Below are positions 1 to 11,402 of a stretch of 64,000 nt of DNA, piece after piece. The notes under the pieces are model-generated. The model was not told where the DNA came from. It saw nothing but the letters and a program-made list of their open reading frames with translations, and did no database searches. How positions within the stretch are numbered: position 1 is the first letter of the stretch; each line of letters starts with the position of its first letter. The position numbers and the translations under genes were made by a program. Origin of the DNA: Octopus sinensis (Eukaryota); NCBI RefSeq assembly GCF_006345805.1, contig NC_043012.1:3658001-3722000 (forward strand), in the 5' to 3' direction.

Positions 1-989
1 TTTATCTATTTATGGTCTAACAAAAGTTAAGACCCATTCTGCATTGCACATAAATACACACACACACACACACACATATATACATATACACGCGTGTACA
101 TACTCCCCACGTACATGCATATGCAATGTGCATGCCTATTCAACATGCAACATACAAACATATACTTGCTGCACATACATAATCCCCTCGTGCACCTGCA
201 TAGACTTACAGGAAGAATCTGTAACGTAACCATTATTTCGATTCTAAATTCTTCCTGTAGTCTTTTCTGCTGTGGTTTTCAGAGTTTCATTTTTCTTTCG
301 TTCCCCACCTCACCTCCACCATCTTATTGTTACTTTAAGAATTCTTATTTGCCAACTGTTAAATTCCAGACTTTTCTCTCAAAGACAACTGGTAATCGAT
401 TATTTTAGAAAGACATTCATTGAAATTTGAAGTTTGTTTTGTTTTTGTTTTTGTTTCATTTTGTTTCAATTTTGGAGTAAAATGGTATTTTTCTTTCTTG
501 TTTCCTTTTTTTTTTCTTTTTGCTGTTGTTGTTGTTTTGGCTTAGACACATTACTGATAGCAAATATCACTTATTTCTGCCATGAACTTAAGTCACAATA
601 ACAACAATGACAACAACAAGAACAGCAACTTCATTAATGATTGTTTCATCAAATGAGAGTATGAGTGTGTCTATTTTAAAATGCTTCTTTTGATGTCTTC
701 ATTACAGAATCTATTTATTGGAGAAAAATCTCCAGGACTCCAAACTGAAACCGCTTCATGCACTATATCATTATCAAAAACTGCAACTTAATTTATTTTG
801 ATTTTGTTGTTGTTGCTGGTATTATTATTATTATTATTTTTATTTGTGTGTGTATGTGTTTCTTGTTGGAAAATCAATTAAAATTTTGAACATTTAGTTT
901 TGAGGATTCTCTTACTTTTTGACTTTTACTAATTTATTGCTGTTTTTGTCAATACTTTTACTTACAAGATCTTACTGTTTATATATATA

Positions 990-1368
990 GGCGCAGGAGT
1001 GGCTGTGTGGTATGTAGCCTGCTTACCAACCACATGGTTCCGGGTTCAGTCCCACTGAGTGGCACCTTGGGCAAGTGTCTTCTACTATAGCCTCGGGCTG
1101 ACCAAAGCCTTGTGAGTGGATTTGGTAGATGGAAACTGAAAGAAGCCTGTCATATATATGTATATATATGTGTGTTTGTGTGTCTGTGTTTGTTCCTCCA
1201 ACATCGCTTGACAACCGATGCTGGTGTGTCTACGTCTATGTAACTTAGCGGTTTGGCCAATAGAATAAGTACTAGGCTTACAAAGAATAAGTCTTGGGGT
1301 CAATTTGCTCAACTAAAGGTGGTGCTCCAGCATGGCCGCAGTCAAATGACGGAAACAGGTAAAAGAGT
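990..1368 (+). mobile_element. tRNA-derived SINE family A, full length
   Basis: Head GGCGCAGGAGTGGCTGTGTGG...GGTTCAGTCCC (A/B-box-like), CORE-like GGCACCTTGGGCAAGTGTCTT, central (TA)/(TG) microsatellite, tail GGTGCTCCAGCATGGCCGCAGTCAAATGAC. More than 20 related copies in the window. Confidence 0.9.
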
Positions 1369-1389
1369 ATATTTAATATATATATATAT

Positions 1390-1512
1390 ATCACTAGCCA
1401 CTACACATTCTTTATTTTCTCTCCTTGTTTCTTTGTGTTCCTTTCTGTGGAAGAGCGTAAGCTCGAAACGTTAAATACTTTTTCACTTCCCGAGCATTAT
1501 ACTAATACATCT
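1390..1512 (+). mobile_element. Penelope-like/retrozyme-like short element with variant hammerhead core
   Basis: TTT-CTGTGGA-A-GAGC-GTAA-GCTC-GAAA-CGTT-AAA at 1442-1475. Same layout as the element at 44515-44718. Begins next to a (TA)n tract. Confidence 0.55.
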
Positions 1513-1520
1513 GTATACTG

Positions 1521-1855
1521 AGACCCTCTTTGGTCATGACTGACTGTGGGATTGCACCTAGAAAGTTGCCCTCCCAGGTACAAGTCCAGGCAAAGTTATT
1601 TATGGAAGATCAGCAGTCGCCCATGCATACCGGCCTCCCCTCTCCACACCACCAGTGTTATCCAAGGGAAAGGCAATGGCCGATACATTTTGGCACCTGT
1701 GATGTCACAACTCATTTGTACAGCTGAGTGAACTGGAGCAACGTGAAATAAAGTGTCTTGCTCAAGAACACAACACGCAGCCTGGTCCAGGATTTAAACT
1801 CACAATCACACAATTGTAAGTTCGACACTCTAACCACTGAACCATGCGCCTTCAC
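1521..1855 (-). mobile_element. tRNA-derived SINE family D
   Basis: Reverse-complement homologue of 10945-11286. tRNA-like head GAAGGCGCATGGTTCAGTGGTTAGAG; body GTGTTGTGTTCTTGAGCAAGACACTTT. Confidence 0.9.
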
Positions 1856-2100
1856 CAAATGTATAAATAATAGAAAAATAAACTACAGAAATAAACCCCA
1901 ATGTGATTTAAAGTGAGGTACTCAAGTACTTTAGAGTGTCTGGTCTGTTGTTCTCCTTTCTAGCTACTTCCACTCTTTCTTTAAAATTAAGTATTAAAGA
2001 AAACATCGCTAAATAGGTCAAACAATTAGAAATGTGTCAATGAAATCTATGTATTTTCAAATATCAAATATAGAGATCTCATAGGAAAGAATCTTATATC

Positions 2101-2490
2101 TTTCATTTATTTCAGTCATTGGATGGCAGCCTTTTAGGGCACCACCTTGAAGAGTTATAGTCAAACAAATTGACTCCAGTGCTTATTTTTTTTTAGTTTT
2201 TTTAAGCCTTGTGCTTATTCTATTGGTGTCTTAAGCTGAATTACCAAACCACGAGGATGTAAACAAACCAATACCAGTCATCAAGTAGTGAAAGGGAACA
2301 AACACAAACAGGCAGACATATATATACAATGAGTTATTTTTAGTTTCTTTCTACCAAAATCCACTCACAAGGTTTTGGTCAGACAGGGACTATAGTAGAG
2401 ACACTTGCCCAAGTTGCCGCACAGTGGGACTGAACCCAGAACGATGCGGTTGGGAAGCAAACATCTTACCACACAACCACACCTGCACCT
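2101..2490 (-). mobile_element. SINE family A
   Basis: Reverse-complement match to 990-1368 (ACACTTGCCCAAG, GGGACTGAACCC, CTTACCACACA). Confidence 0.85.
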
Positions 2491-2939
2491 TTTCATTAAA
2501 GTGAAATTTTCATCTGCCATTGATAAGTTTCTCATTTTAAATCTCACTCTAAAAAAACAGATCAGAATAAAAAAAAACAAGCAAAAACCCTCCAGTAGTT
2601 GTCATTTTGTTTGAAATAAATATCGACTGATGTGTTTAGTTAAGTCCACATTGACACAGTTGTATTGAACTAGTTTTGATTCAAATTAGTAAATGTTTGG
2701 ATTAAAATTAGTAAGTCCTTGGCAAATACTCTGACATCGGTAGTGGCTTAAGCTTTGTAAATTTCAGCCATTTTTGTTTTAGGCAAACATAGGTGTAGGT
2801 ATGGCCGTGTGGTTTGGATGTTTGCTTTGCAGCTACATAGTTCTGGGTTCAATTGCACTGCTTGGCACCTTGGGCAAATACCTTCTTCTGTAACCCTATG
2901 TCAACCAATGTTTTCTGAGTGAAACTGGTAGATGGAAAG

Positions 2940-2981
<42 letters not shown>

Positions 2982-2994
2982 ATTAGCTCCTATG

Positions 2995-3192
2995 AGCCTG
3001 ACTGGTCCCCATACCAGTGGCATGTAAAAAGCACCCACTACACTCTTGGAGTGGTTGGTGTTAGGAAGGGCATCCAGCTGTAGAAAACTTGCCAGATCAG
3101 ATTGGAGCACGGTGCAGCCTCCTGGCTTTCTAGTCCTCAATCAAACTGCCCAACCCATGCCAGCACGGAAAGTAGACATTAAATGATGATGA
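2995..3192 (+). mobile_element. Family B: 5'-truncated RTE-LINE 3' end
   Basis: GGTTGGTGTTAGGAAGGGCATCCAGCTGTAGAAA...CAACCCATGCCAGC, ending in a (GAT)n tail. Confidence 0.8.
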
Positions 3193-3414
3193 TACACACA
3201 CACTCACACACACACACACACACAATATGAACACAGATGGGTTGAGCTTCACTACATCTGTTTCAGACACATTTTTTTTATTGATGAACAAATCAGTTGC
3301 ATCATGAAAAAAAATGTTTTCTTCAGATGACTAAAAATTTAAATCCAAGATTGAACATTTAAGATTTGGTTCATAATGAATATATTTTTTGATTCCCTCA
3401 TCTTGATGACAATC

Positions 3415-3456
<42 letters not shown>

Positions 3457-3812
3457 ACGTGCATACATATATCTTTAAGAACTAGTATTGATTTGATTAC
3501 ATTCTTCTAACATATATAACAGTTTGGTGAAAATATATAGATGGATACTAGGAGCAATTTGATCAGCTAAACTCTACATCCAAGGCAGTTCTTCAGCAGA
3601 TTCACAGACCAATAAATGGAACCAGCTAAAGAATAAAAGACAAGAATGATGTTACTCTCTATGCATTCTGGAAATTATTTAGAGTTTTGGTGCAATACTT
3701 TCTATTTCTTCAATTTTGCTATAAACTAATTTGTTTGGAGTTGCAATTATGACTGTAAACTATAAAATAATAAAGTATCCCTAAATTTAATTTCACAAGA
3801 CAGTAAATGATA

Positions 3813-3985
3813 TTCATCATTTAACATCCGTTTTCCATGCTGGCATGGGTTGGACAGTTTGACAAGAGATGACAAGCCAGAGCGCTGCACCAGGCTCCAG
3901 TTGTCTGTTTTGGTATGGTTTCTATGAATGGATGCCCTTCCTGTGCCAATCACTTTACAGAGCGTACTGGGTGCCAGCATGAGTG
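3813..3985 (-). mobile_element. Family B (RTE 3' end)
   Basis: CATCATTTAACATCCGTTTTCCATGCTGGCATGGGTTGGAC...GGATGCCCTTCC. Confidence 0.8.
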
Positions 3986-5350
3986 CTTATTTTTCTTTTG
4001 TTTTTAACCACTATATTTTATAAGGTGTTTTTTGTTCTTTTCCTTTAATCTCAATATGTCCTGAGCATGGCTAGCAAATGAAGCATTCATCAATTGTATG
4101 CTGTCCACATTTTTTTGTTTAACTCATGTCAACCCTAATTGAGAAAACCTATGATCAGTGATGTTCCAACCATGCCCTTTTTTTTCCTGATATAGTGTAT
4201 CTGAGACTACATTATTAAATGTGTCCTTTTATTTTATTTTTTTGTTTTTCTGTAGTGTGCAATTTGAGGGAGATTTGGCCACTATTTCTAACTGTATACT
4301 GGTTACCTTGTTGGTTTATACTGCTTACAATGCTGAACTGTATTTCTTTGTATTCCCAATAAGGATTTATTATTTGCCACAAGAGCAATGGATGATGGGA
4401 CATTACATAGACAGTGTTAGAAGTGGCATTGGGATTTACATTGAAATCAGTTAAGATAAGGCAAGAATGGTGTTACACTGTATGCATTCTAGAAATAATT
4501 TAGAGTTTTGTCCTGAGAGAAGGGCCATCACATAAGACCAGCGAAGGAACCTCACAGATTCTGGATTACTCTAACAAAAGCATCCTCTTTCAGCTCTCAT
4601 TCTTTCATCTAGATTTGCATTCTGAAAGTTGGCTCCTTTACTCAGACCATGTTTGCATTCTCATTCATCTTTCAACAAATTTACTGAGGTGGAGAGGAGA
4701 GGGTAGCATGTTCCTCTTAATCCTTATCTTCCCTTATAAGTGAAACTTGAAAAGATGAGGGCTTGGCCAAAGAAGAAAATATCTGTCTTATAGTCTATTG
4801 AAATTCAAGTGTTTTCTCATGGATTCAGTGCTAGCAGCTGTGGTGATTGGTCTTGGATGGGGTGTGTAACATTGACCCTTTGTCCAGGCTGGTATTCTAA
4901 TGACATTACAACTCATAATTTTTTCTATCTTTTAACCTAAATAGAGGAATAATTTCTACATACCAAATATATCAAATACATATTTTTAATACTGTATATA
5001 TTTATTTTTCATGTGTGTGTATGTAGTCTGACATCTGCAATTTGTTTATAGAAACTAATGGCATATTTTGACAAATTCATATTTTACTTCCATTGAAAGT
5101 TAGTGTTACCACTGGAAAAAAAAAATAATAATAATATCCATTCAGTTCTGGTTTATGTAAAATATTTCTAGATTTCATTTATAACAAATGGTGTGAAAAT
5201 AGGAATAAGTGAGCTCCTTCTCTGTTATTTCCGCTTCAGTTTCAATTCCTTATTCAGGCATTCTTCATCAGGTATGTTTTATATAACTTAGAGAAAAGCC
5301 TGAGTGTGACAAAACACACCCCAGTCCCTTCCTAAAATATATAGCTTTAT

Positions 5351-5403
<53 letters not shown>

Positions 5404-5749
5404 TTTCTCACTTTCTCTCCCTCCCTCTGCCCTCTCTCTCTCTCTCAGATGACTCTCCTTTACCTTATCAGTCAATAATAACATTGGATTGTTTAATACA
5501 TTGGACTTGCAAGTCTGTACAAATCAAAACCTCTCTATGCAATACCATATTGATTATAAACCTCCTTTAATAGTAGTGCATCTGATGAAAATACAAACAA
5601 CTTTTTTTTTGTCTGAATTTCGTAGAAGCAATGGATATTGATGTCAAATTATTGTAATCAACAAGCATAAATTGATGTGTGTGTGTGTGTGTGTGTGTCT
5701 GTGTGCACTGAAATTTGTTCATTTTGACTCTTAGTTTCACTGTTCTCTT

Positions 5750-5965
5750 TGACAAGCTTGTAGAATTGTTAAAGCATCAGATAAAATGCTTAATGGCGTT
5801 GCTTCTGGCTTCTTATGCTTTGTGTTCAAATTCCACTGAAGTTGACTTTGCCTTTCATTTTTTCGGGATTGATAAAATAAAGTACCTGTCATGTGCTGGG
5901 GGTCAGTGTAATTGACTTACCCACTTCCTCTAAAATTTACTGGCCTTGCACCAAAATTTGAAACC
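5750..5965 (+). mobile_element. SINE family C, diverged
   Basis: GTTCAAATTCC...GTTGACTTTGCCTTTCAT...GATAAAATAAAGTACC. Confidence 0.75.
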
Positions 5966-6259
5966 TCTAATTTAAGATGCCATATAAAAGAACAAACAAC
6001 CTCTTAAACTGTGATTGTGAATCAAACCTCTTATCCACACCACTGTGTGTTTACTGTAATTCTGATCTTAAGAAGTCTAAAGAACAATTTTTCAGAAGTC
6101 TTACAAGAGTTCGTCTTTTTTTTAAATATGTTTTTAATACAAGAAGTACAAAACATATTTTCAGCATTAACAACAGTTTGTTTGCTTGATTCAAACAGAA
6201 ATAATATTGCTGAGATCTTAAACTACTTTATTTACTGTACTATAATTAGTGTTACTTAC

Positions 6260-6396
6260 CTGGACAAGCGAGACTGCCTGGTTGATAACAGGTTCCAGTA
6301 CTATTTGTTGACTGAGAGATTAATGTTGGGCAGGAGCATCCTCTTGGAAAAAACTCACCTTCCACAAAGCACTGATTGCATTTACAAAACTCCCGC
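6260..6396 (-). CDS. Candidate Cys-rich coding exon (unverified)
   Basis: Minus strand: pyrimidine-rich tract, ACAG acceptor, 137 nt with open frame REFCKCNQCFVEGEFFPRGCSCPTLISQSTNSTGTCYQPGSLACP, then CAG|GTAAGT donor. Could instead be a decayed repeat. Confidence 0.3.
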
Positions 6397-6584
6397 CTGT
6401 TGTACATAAGATGGAAAGAAATGGATGAATGTGGTTCTCATATTGTGGTTTGAAATCCATCTTGCCGAGAAATGGTCATTGACCCTTCACCTATTTCTTT
6501 TAAAATACACTGTCTTTATTTCAATTAATTATGAAAATAATGAATTTAGTAAAATAATTTTATCATTATTAAGCTAATACTGAG

Positions 6585-6930
6585 ATAAGTGAAGCAGTCA
6601 ACAGCTTTGACATTCTCACCTGCGACAGGGACAGACAAGGTGGAGTCCCCCAAGAAGTCAACGAAGGACTGGAATCTTGTCTTGGCCTAAGTGTGTCTAA
6701 GGCCAAATGGTTCCACTTCCTCACACAGGGAAAGGAGAACACTTCTTAAAACATTCACTCACTTGGCAAGAAAAACTGCCCCATGGTCATGATAGATGAG
6801 GAGGTATTTCGCAGAGATATGAGAACTGATTGGAACTCTGTTTGACAGCTTGTCTGGAAGGAATGAGAAAATACCAGAAAATGGTGAATGCAGCAACATG
6901 CTGCAATGACGCATGCCCCCACATTCGACT
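6585..6930 (-). pseudogene. Decayed RTE reverse-transcriptase fragment inserted in a piggyBac-type MITE
   Basis: Minus translation YHDHGAVFLAK*VNVLRSVLLSLCEEVEPFGL...AKTRFQSF and GENVKAVDCFTYL resembles the RT YADD-region and ExVxxFxYLG motifs. Flanked by two halves of the MITE seen intact at 50796-51018. Confidence 0.65.
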
Positions 6931-7178
6931 TGACTTGATTATTAATTAGCATTTAGAATACAATTAGCACTGAATTTTGATGGAAGGTTTTAATGTAGAT
7001 CACTGTAAAACAATAAGCCTGTATCATAGAACCAGAAGCAGTCTCAGAAGGGTTTGTACCAAAAATGTTCACAATGTACCAAAATGGCGGTGCCCCAGCA
7101 TAAATGGCGGTGCCCCAGCATGGCCACAGCTCATAAGCTGAAACTAGAATCAATCAATCAATCAATCAATCAATCATA

Positions 7179-7349
7179 GGCGTAAGAGTGGCTGTGTGGT
7201 AAGTAGCTTGCTTACGCACTACATGGTTCCAGGTTCAGTCCCACTGTGTGGCACCTTGGGCAAGTGTCTTTTACTTTAGCCTCAGGCCGACCAAAGCCTT
7301 GTGAGTGGATTTGGTAGATGGAAACTGAAAGAAGCCCATCGTATATATG

Positions 7350-7396
<47 letters not shown>

Positions 7397-7628
7397 ATGT
7401 GTGTATGTGTGTGTGTGTATATATGTTTGTGTGTCTGTGTTTGTCCCCCCATCATCGCTTGACAACCGATGGTGGTGTGTTTATGTCCCCGTAGCTTATC
7501 AGTTCGGCAAAAGAGACCAATAGAATAAGTACTAGGCTTACAAAGAATAAATCTTGGGGTCGATTTGCTCGACTAAAGGCGGTGCTCCAGCATGGCCACA
7601 GTCAAATGACTGAAACAAGTAAAAGAGT
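7179..7628 (+). mobile_element. SINE family A, full length
   Basis: High similarity to 990-1368, with an expanded central microsatellite. Confidence 0.9.
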
Positions 7629-7647
7629 ATATTGACTTTGCTATGAG

Positions 7648-7900
7648 CATCATCATCATCATCATCATCATTGTTTAATGTCCGTTTTCCATGCTGGCAT
7701 GGGTTGAACAGTTTGACAGGATCTGTTAAGCTGGAGGGCTGTCCAGACTCTGACTCTTGTAGCATGGTTTCTACAGCTGGATGCCCTTCCTAATGCCAAC
7801 CACTTTATAGAGTGTATTGGATGCCTTTTACGTACCTCTAGCACAGGTGCATTTATGCAGCAGTGGCACGAGCACTTTTTATGTGGCATTGGCAGCACTT
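7648..7900 (-). mobile_element. Family B (RTE 3' end)
   Basis: (CAT)n tail followed by CGTTTTCCATGCTGGCATGGG...GGATGCCCTTCCTAATGCCAACCAC. Confidence 0.8.
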
Positions 7901-8244
7901 GTAAAGGACAAGCCTGTATGTATGGGCATAATTTTTATTTATTTCAAATAAATGTCATTCCAGCCATTCGTCATTGATAACAAACTAGTAAAAGAAATTT
8001 AATTTCTTACTGCTGGCTGTATTTGGAAATGGAGACCTAATTTCAATATTATGTATTTAGAAATATTGATTGAAAACTTTATAAAATTATTTATAACTAT
8101 TTGTTCTTTTTTATTTTATATTTTTTTTTTATTTAGAGATTTTATTTTAGTCAGTGGATGACATGTTTAATATTCTGACAAAAAAAAAAACAGGTGATCA
8201 TCAATATTATTTACTCATTAACAAGCTAAATAGGAAGCTTCTAC

Positions 8245-8570
8245 ACATTCACTCAACTAGCTAGAAATAGTAGCCAAATCCCCTCAAATTATACATTACT
8301 ATCTTAAAAAATAAGCTGAATACATTTGATAATGATATAATCTTAGATATATTGCCTGAACAAAAGTGAGGTACAGTGGTTATGGTTGGAGCATCTTTGA
8401 TTGCAGGTATACTGAATCAAGGCTGACCTGCAGTTAAACACTATGACCACCACTACAATAATCAACATCCAAAGAGGAATCCTTTTTTTTACAGTCATTT
8501 GCCCAACAAGAAATAGCAACCAAACTACCTTTAAATCACATACTGCTCTCTTTAAAAAAATTTTTTTAAA
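8245..8570 (+). repeat. Unclassified dispersed repeat family F (two adjacent copies)
   Basis: Motif CTAGAAATAG(C/T)AGCCAAATC(T/C)CCCTCAAAT recurs near 13500, 16075, 32935, 33270, 55710 and reversed near 4270 and 41620. Confidence 0.65.
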
Positions 8571-8820
8571 GGACATGTAGTTTTTGCATCCTCTATCTGA
8601 AAAATATAAGTTTGGATGATCTAAAAAAAAAAGCTATGAAATTATTTACAAATCTACCATGAAGTCAATTATCCCTAAACTCTATAGCTTTAGAAGGCTA
8701 CAGGCACTGTTCTTCCTCCTTAGATTAAATAATTAAAAAAATCTGATCAGTATGACCAGAATTAAAAGTACACTAACCCTTTCTTTCTATCACAACCATG
8801 TGAAGAAATAATTAAAACTG

Positions 8821-8856
<36 letters not shown>

Positions 8857-9994
8857 ATTTCTAGATGTGTTTGCATTTCTTTTCTATTAATAATTATGTT
8901 TGTATTGGGTGTGAAACAATTATTTCATGAAAAGCGTTTGAGGTATACAAACCAATTAGAAGCTCTATATTTAATATGTATATTAAACCTGTATGTCCTC
9001 ATCCTCTTATTCCTCATTAATCCTCCTCCTAATCATCCTCATTATCATCATCAGCTTCATTGTCTCGTATTTACATATTCCACCACCACTTTTCTAAATA
9101 CACTTTTCTAAGTGTGATCCTGCTTTGTAGTCCCAGCTCTTTTAGCTCCTTGCATTCATTTTAATTGATATTCACATCAAATCAACCCAGTTATATATAA
9201 TATATTCACTGTACTTTGTTATTTATGAATTTATACTGACACCAGTTCAGGTCTGATTGGTGATACATATCCAATATGTTTTGTTAGCTTATACACATCA
9301 AATCATCCCAGATTTATAACAATAGTGCCTTCTGTACTTTTGTTATCATTCTATATGCAGATTAGATCAACTGTGATATATTGTTCATCTACTATATTTC
9401 TTTGTCATTCTCTCCACAAATTACCTTGTTCTTTACTTTGGTAATTTTATTTAAATCTAGTCTACTGTAGTAAATTTCATCAGCCCTTCCCCCCCCCACC
9501 ATAAGTCCTGGGGACGATTTGCTCGACTAAAGGCAGTGCTCCAGCATGGCTGCAATCAAATGACTGAAACAAGTAAAAGAGTAGACCTATCATTGAATGT
9601 CTTCCACTTATGACCATCCTGTCTTTTATTCAGAGTGGTCAGAGGGTTTTCCAGCTGCAGTTCCTTGTTGGTTGACTGACCGTGTAGAAGGTTCCTTGTT
9701 TGGTTCTTGTTTCAGTTGTTTATATCATTAGGGAGTAAAATAAAAAAAAAATTTTTAATTGATTTTTTTTTTGTTCTGGATTATTTAATCTTAAATTAAT
9801 CCTGAAATAAAAATTAATGTTTCTCTTTTCACAGAATGTGTTACTACAAAGTATAGATGGTAGTGTTGGTATTGTTTAGCTTAGCCTTATAAAGATATAT
9901 AATCATAATTTGATTATGATTTGATTTGAATTTTGATTTTACTTGACTCAATAGGTTTCCTCAAGCATTATGTGTCGCCTGATGATTCAAAGGT

Positions 9995-10720
9995 ATTTTT
10001 TAAATGGGCTGGTTATGCAACACTGGTGTAGGCTATGACCGTGATCTCACTTTCCTTGCCAGGTCTTCTCAATCACAGCATATCTCCAGAGGTCTCGGTC
10101 TTTTGTCATTACCTCTGTGAGGCCCAATGTTCAAAGGTCATGCTTTACCACCTCATACCGTTTCTTCCTGGGTCTCCCTCTTCCATGGGTTCCTTCCACT
10201 GTTAAGGAGTAACACTTCTTCACACAGCTCTCCTTATCTATATGCAGAACATGACCATACTAGCGCAGTCGTCTCTTTTGCACACCACATCTGATGCTTC
10301 TTATGTCCAACATTTCTCTCAGGACACTTACACTCTGTTGTGTGTGCACACTGACATTACACATCCAGTGGATCATACTAGCTTCATTTCTTTCAAGCCT
10401 ACACGTCTTCAGCAGTCATGGCCCATGTTTCACTGCTGTGTAGCATGGCAGTTCGCACATATGCATCATATAATCTACTTTTCACTCTGAGTAAAAGGCC
10501 CTTTGTCACCAGTAGAGGTAGGAGCTTTCTGAACTTTGCCCAAGCTATTCTTATTCTAGTGACAACGCTCTCTGAGCATCCACCCCACTACAGACTTAGT
10601 CACCTAGGTAGCAGAAGCTATCAACTACTTCTAGTTTCTTCCCCTCACATGTGATGAAATCTGTTTTCTGAGCATCTGCAATGTTTATTGGCCCTGTGCA
10701 TCTGCTGCACACAAAAGCTA
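9995..10720 (-). pseudogene. RTE-clade LINE ORF2 C-terminal fragment
   Basis: Minus translation KLEVVDSFCYLGD...WAKFRKLLPLLVTKG...RRLR*YGHV...GRGRPRK...DRDLWR, typical of the RTE ORF2 end, with stops. Confidence 0.85.
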
Positions 10721-10944
10721 TCTTCCCGGTTATGTGTATGTATATATACGTATGTGTATGTATATATATGTGTATGTATCTATATATATGTATGTGTCAT
10801 CATCATCATCATCGTTTAACGTCTGCTTTCCATGCTAGCATGGGTTGGACGGTTCAACTGGGGTCTGGCAAGCCCGAAGGCTGCACCAGGCCAGTCAGAT
10901 CTGGCAGTGTTTCTACAGCTGGATGCCCTTATGTATATATATAT

Positions 10945-11286
10945 GTGAAGGTGCATGACTCAGTGGTTAGAACGTCAAGCTTATGACCATGAGATTGTGA
11001 GTTCGAATCCCGGACCGGGCTGCGTGTTGTGTTCTTGATTGAGCAAGACACTTTATTTCACATTGCTCCAGTTCACTCAGCTGTAGAAATGAGTTGTGAC
11101 GTCACTGGTGCCAAGCTGTATTGGCCCCTTTGCCTTACCCTTGGATAACATTGGTGGTGTGGAGAGGGGAGACTGGTATGCATGGGTGACTGCTGGGCTT
11201 CCATGAAACAACCTTGCCCGGACTTGTGCCTGAGAGGGTAACTTTTAAGGTGTAATCCCATGGCCAGTCATGACCGAAGGGGGTCT
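10945..11286 (+). mobile_element. tRNA-derived SINE family D, full length
   Basis: A box GACTCAGTGGTTAG, B box GTTCGAATCCC, body GTGTTGTGTTCTTG..GAGCAAGACACTTT, end CATGACCGAAGGGGGTC. Confidence 0.9.
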
Positions 11287-11402
11287 TAGCATGTATATAT
11301 ATGTATGTATTTATATGTATGTGTGTGCATATATGTATGTATCTATGTATATATATGTGTAGTATATATATATATGTATGTGTATGTATATAAATATATA
11401 TA

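Noticed and set aside
708-791. Plus-strand terminal exon candidate (NLFIGEKSPGLQ...)
   Set aside because: Only a TACAG and a short open frame; no recognisable protein or other support.
6764-6853. Minus-strand exon-like segment with good acceptor and GTGAGT donor
   Set aside because: Its translation continues past the donor as decayed RTE RT motifs, so it is better explained as a LINE fossil.
10945-11020. tRNA gene-like sequence
   Set aside because: It is the head of SINE D and runs directly into the SINE body. No intact cloverleaf or terminator is evident.
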